From positions 16,500-80,499 of the forward strand of contig JBGQHF010000002.1 in assembly GCA_041497835.1 (NCBI GenBank): a stretch of DNA of 64,000 bases, given 5' to 3'. Both the position numbers and the translations under genes were made by a program. Positions 9,191-19,058 of the stretch are shown one piece after another (position 1 is the stretch's first letter; the number at the start of each line of letters is the position of its first letter). This DNA comes from Terriglobia bacterium. Lineage in GTDB: Bacteria; Acidobacteriota; Terriglobia; Acidiferrales; UBA7541. The notes beneath the pieces were generated by a model that ran no database searches, had not been told where the DNA came from, and saw only the letters and a program-made list of their open reading frames with translations.

Positions 9191-9550
9191 CTAGCGTGCG
9201 CGAAAGACCAGCGCCGCGGAGACCACGCCCCGCAGTATCAACAACAGGCCCGCGGTTGTGAGAAGCGGGCCGACCCACGCGAACGGCGCCCGCGCAATGG
9301 CCGCCATCAGCGCGCCGGTCAGTACAAGTGAGAGCCCGCGCGTCCAGCTCTCCCAGCGCGCCCGCCACTCCCCGGGCTTTGCGAGCGCCCGCAGCCCCCA
9401 CAAGATGAGCGCGGCGCTCACCGCCGCCCAGGAAAGCGCGCGCCGGTCGAAAAAAATCCTTCCGCTCACGCCGATCCAGGCCAGCAGCCCGCCGAGCAGC
9501 AGAAAAATCATCTCGTTGATCAGGCGGAAGAGGCGGTCCGGCGTCAACAT
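9191..9550 (-). CDS. Hypothetical membrane protein
   Basis: Four hydrophobic segments; co-oriented between the cyclophilin gene and mscL. Confidence 0.7.
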   Translation of the reverse strand: MLTPDRLFRLINEMIFLLLGGLLAWIGVSGRIFFDRRALSWAAVSAALILWGLRALAKPGEWRARWESWTRGLSLVLTGALMAAIARAPFAWVGPLLTTAGLLLILRGVVSAALVFRAR

Positions 9551-9563
9551 CGTCGTTCGCGGA

Positions 9564-10091
9564 TCAGGAGACTCGCTCGATCCGCACTTTCTGCAGAATT
9601 ACGGGGGTCTTCGGCCGGTCGCCCGCATCGCGGGGCGTGTTGGAAATCTTGTCGGCGACGTCCTGTCCTTCCACGACCTCGCCGAAGATGGTGTGCTTAT
9701 TGTCCAGCCACTCCGTCGGCGCCACGGTGAGGAAGAACTGGCTGCCGTTCGTGTTCGGCCCGGAATTAGCCATCGAGAGCTTACCCGTTTTGGAATGCCG
9801 CAGCGACGGATGAAACTCATCCTGGAAAGTGTAGCCCGGACCGCCGCGGCCGTCCCCGCGCGGGCAGCCGCCCTGAATCATGAACTTGGGGATCACGCGG
9901 TGAAACACCAGCCCGTCGTAAAAATTCCGTTTTGCCTTCTGCCCGGTCTTCTCATCGGTAAATTCCTTCGTGCCCTCGGCCAGCCCGATGAAATTCTCCA
10001 CTGTCTTCGGCGTTTCCTTCTCCAGGAGGCGGCACACAATCGTGCCCAGTGAAGTTTCGAATACCGCGTAAGTCCCTGCCGGTCGCGACAT
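9564..10091 (-). CDS. Cyclophilin-type peptidyl-prolyl isomerase
   Basis: FHRVIPKFMIQGG, MANSGPNTNGSQFF, WLDNKHTIFG. Confidence 0.95.
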   Translation of the reverse strand: MSRPAGTYAVFETSLGTIVCRLLEKETPKTVENFIGLAEGTKEFTDEKTGQKAKRNFYDGLVFHRVIPKFMIQGGCPRGDGRGGPGYTFQDEFHPSLRHSKTGKLSMANSGPNTNGSQFFLTVAPTEWLDNKHTIFGEVVEGQDVADKISNTPRDAGDRPKTPVILQKVRIERVS

Positions 10092-10252
10092 GCTGCCTCC
10101 TTGGCTGCGCCTGCATCCTACACGAGCCGCCGCTCTTAGCGCTACGTGGGAGCGGCGCTCACGGGCGCTGTCCGCGTTTTGCCGCTAGCTCCCAAAGAGC
10201 TCTGCTACTAGATTCTCCCGCGCGATTTCAAGCTAGGCGTCCTCCTCCCGCC

Positions 10253-10996
10253 TCAGAGCGTGACAGAGAGGCCCATCTCCGAATCCTGTGCCACCGTCAC
10301 ATTTGCGTTCCAATCCTTATGGGCCGCTGCCTTCACGCTGAGGGCATGTGCCCCGCGCTTCAAATAAAGAGTCGCGGGAGTCGTTCCCCGGAGGGAGCTA
10401 TCGACATACACTTCCGCGCCTGCCGGCGTGGAGCTGACTTCAACCTTTCCCTCCTCCCATGCAAAATACGCCTCGATGAGCACCACCAGAAATAGCGTGA
10501 TGATCGTCATCCAGACACACAGGACGGCGGCGGTGTCCATGAAAGTCCAATCCGCTGGCGTTGCGGAAACCGGGAGCTGCAGGAGGTTGTGGTGAATCTC
10601 GGAAACCCAGGTTGTAATCCCGTGCGCCAGGCTCCGAATGCCCGTGCGCACTGCCGCTTCTTTGGATCCGATCTCGGTGAAGCTCAACCCGCCCAGAAAC
10701 GCCGCCAACCCGGCCTGAATCTTCTTTTTCAGCATCTTCATGACCGGATACGCCAGCAGAATTCCGTAGATGATTCCTAAAACGCTCAAACACGTGTAGG
10801 CGTGCTTCGAGTAGAAGCCCAGCGCCGGCAGTCCCGCGGTTATACTGATGATGATAAGCGTGGCTACGATGGCTTTCTTCTTTGCTGACCACGGCACGTA
10901 CGCGGAAACTTTCACCGGGTGAGCGACCCCGACAAACTCCAGCGACGGCGACTGGATCCACCTGAAAAGCGACTCAAGCAATCGTAACGGTGACAT
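10253..10996 (-). CDS. Membrane protein with a C-terminal PEGA domain
   Basis: Several TM segments, then VSSTPAGAEVYVDSSLRGTTP (PEGA signature). Confidence 0.7.
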   Translation of the reverse strand: MSPLRLLESLFRWIQSPSLEFVGVAHPVKVSAYVPWSAKKKAIVATLIIISITAGLPALGFYSKHAYTCLSVLGIIYGILLAYPVMKMLKKKIQAGLAAFLGGLSFTEIGSKEAAVRTGIRSLAHGITTWVSEIHHNLLQLPVSATPADWTFMDTAAVLCVWMTIITLFLVVLIEAYFAWEEGKVEVSSTPAGAEVYVDSSLRGTTPATLYLKRGAHALSVKAAAHKDWNANVTVAQDSEMGLSVTL

Positions 10997-11201
10997 GGCT
11001 CTTCCCTCTCTTGCGCGCTCTGCGAATCTTAACTAGGCCCGGCTGTTCCGCGATTTACCGCAATGGTGATCCGATTCGCGCCATTGAGTGACTCCAACCC
11101 TCTCTCTGCCTGAAGAGGGAGAGTAGGCAGATTGTAGTCTGGGCTTGCACAAATTGAGAAGTTGTCTGTGTTCGTCCACTGACCTGCCTCGCTTCGTTCG
11201 T

Positions 11202-11265
11202 GTAGCGCCGGTCTTCAGACCGGCATCTTTCTTTCTTGCCCGTGTAGCGCCGGCCTTCAGGCCGG
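11202..11265 (+). repeat. Two tandem GTAG-type REP-like palindromes
   Basis: GTAGCGCCGGTCTTCAGACCGGC (11202-11224) and GTAGCGCCGGCCTTCAGGCCGG (11244-11265). Confidence 0.7.
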
Positions 11266-11322
11266 TATCCGCAACGCCCTCGCCTGCGCCGAAGCCGCGA
11301 GCGGTGAAGAGCCGGGAAGTCA

Positions 11323-11808
11323 TCAGTTTGGCTTGGAGCTCTTGCCGGGCTCGTCCGTATCGGAAGGGGATAGGTCGGAGCCGGTGTCAGGCTCCTCGTT
11401 TGGTGCTTCCGTTGCTGCCTCGAATGGGCCGAGTGCGGCATCCGGGCCGAGGTCAATGAAGCGTGTGGCGTTCGGGGCGCGGTCCTTGTCGATGGCGGGA
11501 AGGGTTCGGAGGAGCAGGCTGCTGATGTAGGCGAGGACGGCGGCGCGGCGAGGCGAGATGCGGTTCTGGGCGAGCAGGGAATAGAGATCGCCGAGAGAAT
11601 AATTGATGCCGCCAGCGGTCTGAAAGCCTTTGGACCCGCGGAGGAGGTGCCGGGCGTAATCGCGGGCTTGCAGCTCTGCCTGTGCCGCAGCATGACGAGC
11701 GCACTGGCCGGAGCGGCCGGTTGCCAGGGAGAGGCACTGGCGTCCGGTGGAGGTGAAGTGGTTGCAGCGGTGCGCGGTGGAGAATGCAGCGTTCGTTTTG
11801 GTTTTCAT
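11323..11808 (-). CDS. Hypothetical protein with an N-terminal Cys3His motif (DUF5763-like)
   Basis: ATG at 11808: MKTKTN..RCNHFTSTGRQCLSLATGRSGQCARH; helical middle; acidic low-complexity tail. Confidence 0.55.
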   Translation of the reverse strand: MKTKTNAAFSTAHRCNHFTSTGRQCLSLATGRSGQCARHAAAQAELQARDYARHLLRGSKGFQTAGGINYSLGDLYSLLAQNRISPRRAAVLAYISSLLLRTLPAIDKDRAPNATRFIDLGPDAALGPFEAATEAPNEEPDTGSDLSPSDTDEPGKSSKPN

Positions 11809-12428
11809 TTTTTGTCCTTGTTGGGAGTGCGATGGTGGGTGGGATACCCCCACCCCGGTTGTTTTCGCGAAAGAGGCGGCAAGTGATTGGAAAGACGGGA
11901 GTTGAGCTTTTGCAGGCGCGCAAAGAGGCGGCAAATCAAAGAGGGGAAAGGAGATAAGGGAGGTTGAGGGGGTGCGGGAAGGGAAGGAAGGGCCGCTGGG
12001 GCGGGGCTGAAGGGGCTGGAGCCGCGAGTTCACAACGGATGATAGCATGGATGTAGAATATGTTCAAGTCCATTCTTGAGTACTTGTATTTAGCGATGGG
12101 GCACAGAATTCGAGCGGGTTCGGGGTAAGGGCAAGAAAAGAAGAAAGTAGAGTTTACCGGGAGCGGGCGTGACGCAGTCCCTTACACATGGGAAAGCCCA
12201 AAGCCGATCTCCCGCTAAGTTCACGTCTTGGATAGGAAATTCAAAAGCGCCACGTTTTAACTTCGTCAAAACATGGGGCAGGCGCAAGCAAGGAGGAGAA
12301 GTGGTCCAGCCGGGCCGTAAAGGCGTCGTATGATATTAGGCGTGGAATAGGGGGTGAAGAACAATGGGGCATCCAGACCTTTGTCAATCATGAGCCCTGT
12401 GCCCCCCGGGCTTCGGAGGAAACAACCG

Positions 12429-13298
12429 ATGGGCGACTCGGATTCGATAATCAATCTTGGCGAACTGTCGAAGCCCGCAACTGTACTTGTCGAAAAAATT
12501 GCCGACGCGATTGGTGGCATCGCCAAACCCTGGCAAATAAAGCGAGTCGCCCATGCTGAAGCAGAAGGCGACAAGATTCGCGCAGTTGCGGAAATTGAGA
12601 TAACAGCGCTCACGCGACGGGCCGCTCGCCGATTTCTGATGGAGGAAGCCAAGAAGCAGCAGAACATGGAATCCATCATAAGCAAGGCCCTGCCGGAAGT
12701 CGGGGAGCAGGCTAAGGCCGAAGAGGTCGAGGAAGATTGGATCGCAAGTTTTTTCGACAAGTGTCGGTTAATCTCCGATGAACAGATGCAGCGTTTGTGG
12801 GCCAAGATTCTTGCCGGAGAAGCCAACTCGCCGGGTCGGTTCTCTAAGCGGACGGTTGCTATGCTCGCGAGCCTAGATAAATCCGATGCGGCAATGTTCT
12901 CTAAACTGTGCCGGTTCAAATGTCTGGTCACTCAGCTAGTCCCGATCATTTTTGATTACACCCACCCAATCTATTCAGAGTGTGGAATAAATTTTGAGCT
13001 TCTTTGCGATCTCGAAAGTATCGGCTTGATCCATCTCGACACAACTCGTACGCATGTAGTTGACGACCTGGCCCAGAAAATAGCCGTAGATTACTTCGGC
13101 CAGAAGATTTCTGTGGAGTTTGCCAAAGCAGAAAACAATGAGCTAGCAGTTGGGAGCGTCCTCTTCACGCAAGCAGGTTCACAACTTGCCACAATCTGTG
13201 AGGCGCAGCCACGGGACGGCTTTATCGAATTTTTGAAAGAAGCATGGAGAAATTGCGGAACTCCCACATCGGTCCATTTCGGCCCCCCGCAGTTCTGA
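12429..13298 (+). CDS. DUF2806-like protein
   Basis: KPWQIKRVAHAEAE, EEAKKQQNMESII, VEEDWIASFFDKCRLISDEQMQRLWAKILAGE; lower GC than the host genes. Confidence 0.75.
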   Translation: MGDSDSIINLGELSKPATVLVEKIADAIGGIAKPWQIKRVAHAEAEGDKIRAVAEIEITALTRRAARRFLMEEAKKQQNMESIISKALPEVGEQAKAEEVEEDWIASFFDKCRLISDEQMQRLWAKILAGEANSPGRFSKRTVAMLASLDKSDAAMFSKLCRFKCLVTQLVPIIFDYTHPIYSECGINFELLCDLESIGLIHLDTTRTHVVDDLAQKIAVDYFGQKISVEFAKAENNELAVGSVLFTQAGSQLATICEAQPRDGFIEFLKEAWRNCGTPTSVHFGPPQF

Positions 13299-13608
13299 GC
13301 AACTCTGCAACTTTCCATATAGAGGAGTAGCTATCGCAGAGTTAGGGGCAGGTAGCGCAGCATTTCGGTGGATTTCTGGCTTGTGCAAAACAGCGCGATG
13401 GCATCACTTTTCGAAAGTCACGCCTGGGTGATACAGAGGCAGAGTTCTGGGTGGCCTACGTCTTGCTGAAAGCCGCCCAGGATCTTCTTGGCCACTCAAG
13501 TCTTGGCCAACCGCCCGGTGACCTTAGAATGGTCCAATTGTCCGCGCAAAGCACGCCATATAAGTAGTTTAGGGTACAAAACAGGGGTGGGCCTCTCGGA
13601 GGTTCAAC

Positions 13609-14256
13609 TCACGAACTTGTTGCGGCTCTGGCATGACTGACCGTCGGTTCTTCGACAAAATCCCCAAACTCTAGCTGTTGACCGTTCCCCTTGCTGTGAG
13701 CGTGGCCTATCGTGATGCCCTTTAGGTTCTCGATGTTCACGACGGCCCCGTAAGGCATGAACACCTTTGAGAAACGGTCGAACTCTCTCCCCCAATAAAC
13801 CATAGCGCATGACATGGGAGCGCCTTTACCCGTGTCCTTCCCGTTTTCGAGGAAGCGAAGACGCGTGTCGTACAAAAAGCAAACCGCCGTTGCTCTGCCA
13901 TAGATGTATTTCTTCCAGTGGCCTGTGTTCGTGGCCACGGGAACTAGAGCGATGACTTCCGCGTCGTGCACTCTGTGAGCTTCTTCGCATTTCCTCAACC
14001 AATCCTTGATGGTTTTCGCGTGTTGGCGGTCGATTCCATATGGTGGATTGACGTAGACGGTGCGAAAATTCCACGATTCTCGAAGGCCGTCCTTCTTCGG
14101 TAGCGCGTACTCGACGCGAGCATGGACTATGGAATAGCTGTTTGAGCAAGGGTCGAGGTCGATGGTTCCGCCGAAACAGTCTCTCACGGCATCGACGTAC
14201 TTCTTTGGAGTGCCCCAGTCCTTGTTATCGGCGATGATTTTTCGTCCCGCAGTCAT
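13609..14256 (-). CDS. Small DNA N6-adenine methyltransferase (phage Dam-like family)
   Basis: DWGTP, IDLDPCS, VYVNPPYG, IALVP, VCFL..RLRF; ATGA overlap with the upstream gene. Confidence 0.8.
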   Translation of the reverse strand: MTAGRKIIADNKDWGTPKKYVDAVRDCFGGTIDLDPCSNSYSIVHARVEYALPKKDGLRESWNFRTVYVNPPYGIDRQHAKTIKDWLRKCEEAHRVHDAEVIALVPVATNTGHWKKYIYGRATAVCFLYDTRLRFLENGKDTGKGAPMSCAMVYWGREFDRFSKVFMPYGAVVNIENLKGITIGHAHSKGNGQQLEFGDFVEEPTVSHARAATSS

Positions 14257-15395
14257 AGCGAATGTACCCTTCTCCAATTCTTTTCGCGCAATTGCGAGAG
14301 CGCTGTCTCTAGCGCCTTTATTGTACCCCTCGGGGGTCCGATGATATTAAACCACTTCTCGATACGCGCCGCGTTGTCCTTGAAATATTTTTGTAGGACC
14401 TGGTCGGCTCGATAATCTATCTGAACCTTGGTGAACTGGTTCTTCGTTTTCTCACCCGTATAGCTGGCAAGGAATGCGTTCCGTGCAGGCTTAAGCACCG
14501 GAGCAGGCTCAAGCAGCAACTCTGTGATGAATTCTGATAGTCCTGGGTCCGTGAGAAAGAGGAGCCAGTCGTACGATTGAGCGAGCACCTTAAGTTCCTT
14601 GTTGTGGTTCTCCGACGTAAACCAATTCCCGTGATTGCTGACCACGCCGACAGTAAGGATGAAATCGTGCAGGAGTTCGGCATCGTTCGAAGCGATTATT
14701 TCAGCCAACAATTCTGCGTAGGGCTTGGAGTAAATCGTCTGGTCTGCCTTGTATACGAGTCCCCGTAGTTCGCCAGATGCGGTGCGGAGTTTGTGCATCG
14801 AAGAGAGGGACTTTGCGACGTAAGCGCCCTGCTTTGCCTTCTCAATCGTCTGGGGGCCTTTCTTCATGCCTTCCTCTACGCCGACCCTCTTGCACTCGAA
14901 GATCGCATACGGCCTGCGGTATTGTTCGACAATCTGTATCTTCTCCCTGTTGCCCTGAATCGAGTCCAGGGTCGCCACAAGGTGCGAACTCTTGCCGTTA
15001 GCAACCAGGCATGAATTTCTTAGAACGCCCCCGCTAGTAAGCAAGACCCTGTCGGACTTCGTGAAGCCTGCCAACGAAAAGGTTTTCTCGTTGATGTTCT
15101 CCAGAATGCGAGTGGCATTTATTGGCAACTTGTGCGGAAAAACGAGCCGTTGTTGCCGAAGGATGGGATGCAGAGAATATTCAACGTTGTGCGTGATGTC
15201 TGGATTTCCGTACTCAGCTAAGGCGCGCTCAATCGCCATCGAATGTTCGAAGCCCCAGGACTTCAGCATATAGAAGGTAATGATTTCGACGAGAGTGCCG
15301 AGTGCGCGGCCCGCTGCCTTTTTGGAGTCTTTAGCGTAGTGAAAAACTTTTTCTACTAAGACCTTTTGTAGTTGGTCGACTGATGCGTATGCCAT
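14253..15395 (-). CDS. Putative type II restriction endonuclease
   Basis: 380 aa, lower GC, E-x-K motif (FECKRVG), translationally coupled to the methyltransferase. Confidence 0.6.
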   Translation of the reverse strand: MAYASVDQLQKVLVEKVFHYAKDSKKAAGRALGTLVEIITFYMLKSWGFEHSMAIERALAEYGNPDITHNVEYSLHPILRQQRLVFPHKLPINATRILENINEKTFSLAGFTKSDRVLLTSGGVLRNSCLVANGKSSHLVATLDSIQGNREKIQIVEQYRRPYAIFECKRVGVEEGMKKGPQTIEKAKQGAYVAKSLSSMHKLRTASGELRGLVYKADQTIYSKPYAELLAEIIASNDAELLHDFILTVGVVSNHGNWFTSENHNKELKVLAQSYDWLLFLTDPGLSEFITELLLEPAPVLKPARNAFLASYTGEKTKNQFTKVQIDYRADQVLQKYFKDNAARIEKWFNIIGPPRGTIKALETALSQLREKNWRRVHSL

Positions 15396-15501
15396 TTTCG
15401 GCAAAAAGTGTAACACGCCACACAGTGCTCGCCCTACCGGTTGCGGGTGTGGCGGGGGCCACAGCATTGCACAGCGCGCACGGACGGGGCGCCCGGTGGT
15501 A

Positions 15502-15590
15502 CGAAGAGAGATTCCTCACATCCGCGGGCCGACCATTTCACAGGAGTGAAATGGGAAGAAAAAAGCCGACCCGCTACGTTCGGAATGACG
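15502..15590 (-). repeat. REP/MITE-like element CGTCATTCCG...GAGGAATCTCTCTTCG (copy 1)
   Basis: The reverse complement shares both end motifs with 56594-56666; internal 9-bp stem 15533-15541/15546-15554. Confidence 0.7.
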
Positions 15591-15740
15591 AGGTGGGGTG
15601 GTGGCGCCGCGGTGATTCCATCGGACGGTAAGGCAGAGCGATCCAGCCGGGATGCCTTCCGGCCAAGCCGGAATCTTCGATCGGCTGCGCTCACCGCGAG
15701 CCGGTCTTCCCGGTGAAAAGCACCGGGACGCACAAGACGC

Positions 15741-15758
15741 GAAAGACCGGCCACTACA
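15741..15758 (-). repeat. GTAG-type REP half-site
   Basis: Reverse complement TGTAGTGGCCGGTCTTTC resembles the 11202 repeat. Confidence 0.4.
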
Positions 15759-15800
15759 GCACCGTCAAGGAGTTTTTCAGCAGCCAGCACGGGCCTTCGC

Positions 15801-16322
15801 CTACCAGCCCTTCGCTTGCCGCAACTGGGTGATGTGCGCGGTGTGGTGTTTCCCGTGCCAGGTGTAGAGAAACAGCAGCCAATCAACCGTGCGGACGCCA
15901 TGCTCGGGGTGCCGGAAAGTCTTTGCGTAATCGCCGTCCGAAAGCGTGCGCAGCAGGCGCACCCAGCGGTCGTGCAGCGAATCCATCATGGCCAGCGAAA
16001 CCTCCACCGGCGCCGACTTGGCGTCCGGGAGTTCCGCCCAGCTCCCCTCCTCGTACGGTTTGATCGTGGGTTCGTTTTCGGTCAGCGCCAGGCGCAGCCG
16101 CACGTAGGCATTGAGGTGGCTGTCGGCCACGTGATGCACCACCTGACGAGCGGTCCACCCGCCCTCGCGGTACGCGGTATCCAGTTGCGCATCATTCAAC
16201 CCCTTCACCGCGGCGCGCATCTTCGCCGGAGCGGCGGCGATCTCTTCAATCGCCTGTTTGCGCGCCGCCGGCGTCACTTCCTTCGGCTGTTCGTATTTTC
16301 CAATCGGGTAGCGCGGATCCAT
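15801..16322 (-). CDS. bstA: YfiT/BstA-family thiol S-transferase (DinB superfamily)
   Basis: MDPRYPIGKY, LDTAYREGGWTARQVVHHVADSHLNAY, WHGKHHTAHI. Confidence 0.9.
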   Translation of the reverse strand: MDPRYPIGKYEQPKEVTPAARKQAIEEIAAAPAKMRAAVKGLNDAQLDTAYREGGWTARQVVHHVADSHLNAYVRLRLALTENEPTIKPYEEGSWAELPDAKSAPVEVSLAMMDSLHDRWVRLLRTLSDGDYAKTFRHPEHGVRTVDWLLFLYTWHGKHHTAHITQLRQAKGW

Positions 16323-16540
16323 TGGTTGCTTCTCCTGGTGTCGTCCTCTTGCTTTGGGGCAACGGCAAGCTCTTCGCCACGATACTGCGGGGGAAGGCTC
16401 GCGGTCAATTTGCACGGCGAAAAATGCGCTTCCAATTTGGCTCGCCGCATTCCGTTCCCTCCCGCGGAGGATGCTACAATGTCCGATTTCCACTGTATCC
16501 CGCCGGGCGGTCAGGGCATCGAATCACGGGGAGCAAAGGC

Positions 16541-17464
16541 ATGCACGACGTCATCATCATCGGCAGCGGCTGCGCGGGGTTGACCGCCGCCATCTACGCC
16601 GGGCGGGCCAACCTGAAGCCGCTCGTCATTGACGGCCACGAGCCCGGCGGGCAGCTCATGCTCACGACGATGGTCGAGAATTTCCCCGGCTTCCCCGACG
16701 GCATCCTCGGGCCCGACCTCACGGACAACATGCGCAAACAGGCGCAGAAGTTCGGCGCGGAGTTCAAGGCTGGAGCGGTGACCGCGGTGGATGTGAGCAA
16801 GCGTCCGTTCAAGATCACGGCAGGGAAGGATACCTACGAAGCCGGGGCGCTGATCATCGCCGCCGGGGCTTCGGCGCGGCTTCTCGGGATCGAATCCGAG
16901 CGCCACCTGATGGGTCACGGCGTTTCCACCTGCGCGACCTGCGACGGCTACTTTTTCCGCGGGAAACCCATCGCCGTGGTCGGCGGCGGCGATTCGGCGA
17001 TGGAGGAATCCAACTTCCTGACTCGATACGCCAGCAAAGTGTATCTCCTCCACCGGCGCAAGGAGTTTCGCGCGTCCAAGATCATGCTCGACCGCGTCCG
17101 GGCAAACGAGAAAATCGAGATCGTCACGCCGGTAATCCCCGTGGAGATTCTTTCCCCCGCCAAGGGCGCAGTGGAAGGCGTGCGCGTGAAAAATACGGAG
17201 ACGGGCGCGGTGTCCGAGATTGCCGTGGAAGGCGTTTTCATTACCATCGGGCACGACCCGAACACGGCGGTTTACCGCGGGCAGCTCGAGATGGACGCCA
17301 ACGGCTATCTGGTCTCGCGCAACGGCAGCAAAACGAATGTTCCGGGCGTGTTTGTCGCCGGCGACGTGCAGGACCACCGCTACCGTCAGGCCGTCACCGC
17401 CGCTGGCTCCGGCTGCATGGCGGCGATGGACGCGGAAAAGTTCCTCGAAGGGCACAGCCACTAG
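16541..17464 (+). CDS. trxB: Thioredoxin-disulfide reductase
   Basis: GSGCAGLTAA, GGQLMLTTMVENFPGF, CATCDG, GGGDSAMEE, FVAGDVQD. Confidence 0.96.
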   Translation: MHDVIIIGSGCAGLTAAIYAGRANLKPLVIDGHEPGGQLMLTTMVENFPGFPDGILGPDLTDNMRKQAQKFGAEFKAGAVTAVDVSKRPFKITAGKDTYEAGALIIAAGASARLLGIESERHLMGHGVSTCATCDGYFFRGKPIAVVGGGDSAMEESNFLTRYASKVYLLHRRKEFRASKIMLDRVRANEKIEIVTPVIPVEILSPAKGAVEGVRVKNTETGAVSEIAVEGVFITIGHDPNTAVYRGQLEMDANGYLVSRNGSKTNVPGVFVAGDVQDHRYRQAVTAAGSGCMAAMDAEKFLEGHSH

Positions 17465-17499
17465 TTTGGCCCCCCGGTGACGGGCATAATCAACCCTGC

Positions 17500-18411
17500 A
17501 TGCTTCGGTCGCTTCTGCTCAAGCTCTCCGAGAACAAAACCGTGGCCCGCTGGGTCACGTCCAATGCCACGACCCGCCGCATGGCGCGGCGTTTTGTCGC
17601 CGGCGAAACACTGGAAGAAGCCATCGGCGCGGCCCGCGCATGCAACCACGCGGGCATGCTCGCGAGCCTCGATTACCTTGGCGAAAATGTTGCGAGTGTC
17701 GCCGATGCCCAGCGCGCCCGCGACGCCTACCTCGAGATCTTCGACCGCATCGCCCAGGAGAAGCTGAACGCAAACGTCTCCTGCAAGCTGACGCAGCTCG
17801 GCCTCGATCTGAACGGGGATTTCTGCGAAGGGCTGGTCTCCACCATCGTGGAGCACGCCGCGAAATGCGACAGTTTCCTCCGTGTTGACATGGAGGGCTC
17901 AGCCTACACACAGCGCACGATCGAGCTCGTCAAACATGTGCGCTCGCGGAATCCTTCTGTCGGCACCGTTATCCAGACGTATCTCTTCCGCAGCGAGACC
18001 GACGTCAAGGACCTGCTCGCCTATGGCTGCCGCATCCGCCTCTGTAAAGGCGCCTATCAGGAGCCGCCGGAGATTGCCTTTCCCGCGAAGCGGGATGTGG
18101 ACGCGAACTATGTCCGCCTGATGCAGCTTCTCTTGTCCAGCGGTTTCCATCACGGTATCGCCACGCACGATCCCCGCATGATCGGGGAGACCATCCGCTT
18201 TGCGGCGGCGCGGAATATTTCCAAAGAGGATTTCGAGTTTCAGATGCTCTATGGGGTGCGGACAGACCTGCAGAGGATGCTGGTCCGCGACGGCTACCGC
18301 CTGCGCATCTACATCCCCTACGGCCGCGACTGGTTTCCCTACTTCATGCGCCGCCTGGCGGAGCGCCCCGCGAACGCGGCCTTTTTCTTGAAGAATCTTT
18401 TCCGAAGCTAG
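17500..18411 (+). CDS. Monofunctional proline dehydrogenase
   Basis: RRFVAGET, DYLGE, RVDME, RLCKGAY, ATHD, FQMLYG, YFMRRLAERPAN. Confidence 0.93.
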   Translation: MLRSLLLKLSENKTVARWVTSNATTRRMARRFVAGETLEEAIGAARACNHAGMLASLDYLGENVASVADAQRARDAYLEIFDRIAQEKLNANVSCKLTQLGLDLNGDFCEGLVSTIVEHAAKCDSFLRVDMEGSAYTQRTIELVKHVRSRNPSVGTVIQTYLFRSETDVKDLLAYGCRIRLCKGAYQEPPEIAFPAKRDVDANYVRLMQLLLSSGFHHGIATHDPRMIGETIRFAAARNISKEDFEFQMLYGVRTDLQRMLVRDGYRLRIYIPYGRDWFPYFMRRLAERPANAAFFLKNLFRS

Positions 18412-19058
18412 CGCTTCCGGCAGACGGTGACGCCGTCACGCAAGGGAAGCAGCACCGGAAAGAGCTGCCGCGATGAATAGACCATGCGGTTAAACTTCTG
18501 CACCCCGCGCGTGTCGGCATCCGAGCCGCGGCGCGTCACCCGGCCGGACCACAGCGTATTGTCCGTGATGAACAAGCCGCCGCGGCGCAGCTTCGGCAGG
18601 GCTGCGCGCAGCGCCGCGGGATATTGATGCTTGTCCACGTCGTTGAAGATCAAGTCGAACGTGCCGGGCGTTTTCCGGAGAAGGGCGAGCGCATCGCCCG
18701 TCAGGATGCGGATGCGGTTTGCCACTCCGGCCCGGCGGAAATATCCCGCGGCCCGGCGCGCGTTCTCGGGATTTCCGTCGGTGTAGAAAACCTCCGCTTT
18801 CGGGCCCGCGGCGCGCGCCAGCCACACCGTGGAATAGCCGATCGCAGAACCCATCTCGAAGATGCGCCTGGCCCGAGACGCTTCCGCCAGCAAGGCCAAC
18901 AGCCGCGCCACGGCCGGGCCGATAATCGGCACATTGTGCTTTCTGGCGTACGCTTCCATCTCGCGCACGACGGCGTCGCGCGCCGGCAGCAGGGAGTAGA
19001 GGTATTCGTCCACATCGGCGCGGACAAATGCACTGGCGAGATTCTTGTCTTTACGCAA
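18408..19058 (-). CDS. Class I SAM-dependent O-methyltransferase
   Basis: PIIGP, FEMGSAIGYS, FDLIFNDVDK, ITDNTLWSG; start uncertain. Confidence 0.88.
   Translation of the reverse strand: MRKDKNLASAFVRADVDEYLYSLLPARDAVVREMEAYARKHNVPIIGPAVARLLALLAEASRARRIFEMGSAIGYSTVWLARAAGPKAEVFYTDGNPENARRAAGYFRRAGVANRIRILTGDALALLRKTPGTFDLIFNDVDKHQYPAALRAALPKLRRGGLFITDNTLWSGRVTRRGSDADTRGVQKFNRMVYSSRQLFPVLLPLRDGVTVCRKR

Noticed and set aside
10200-15600. Accessory patch as a bounded genomic island
   Set aside because: No integrase, transposase or flanking direct repeats found; kept only as a variable region
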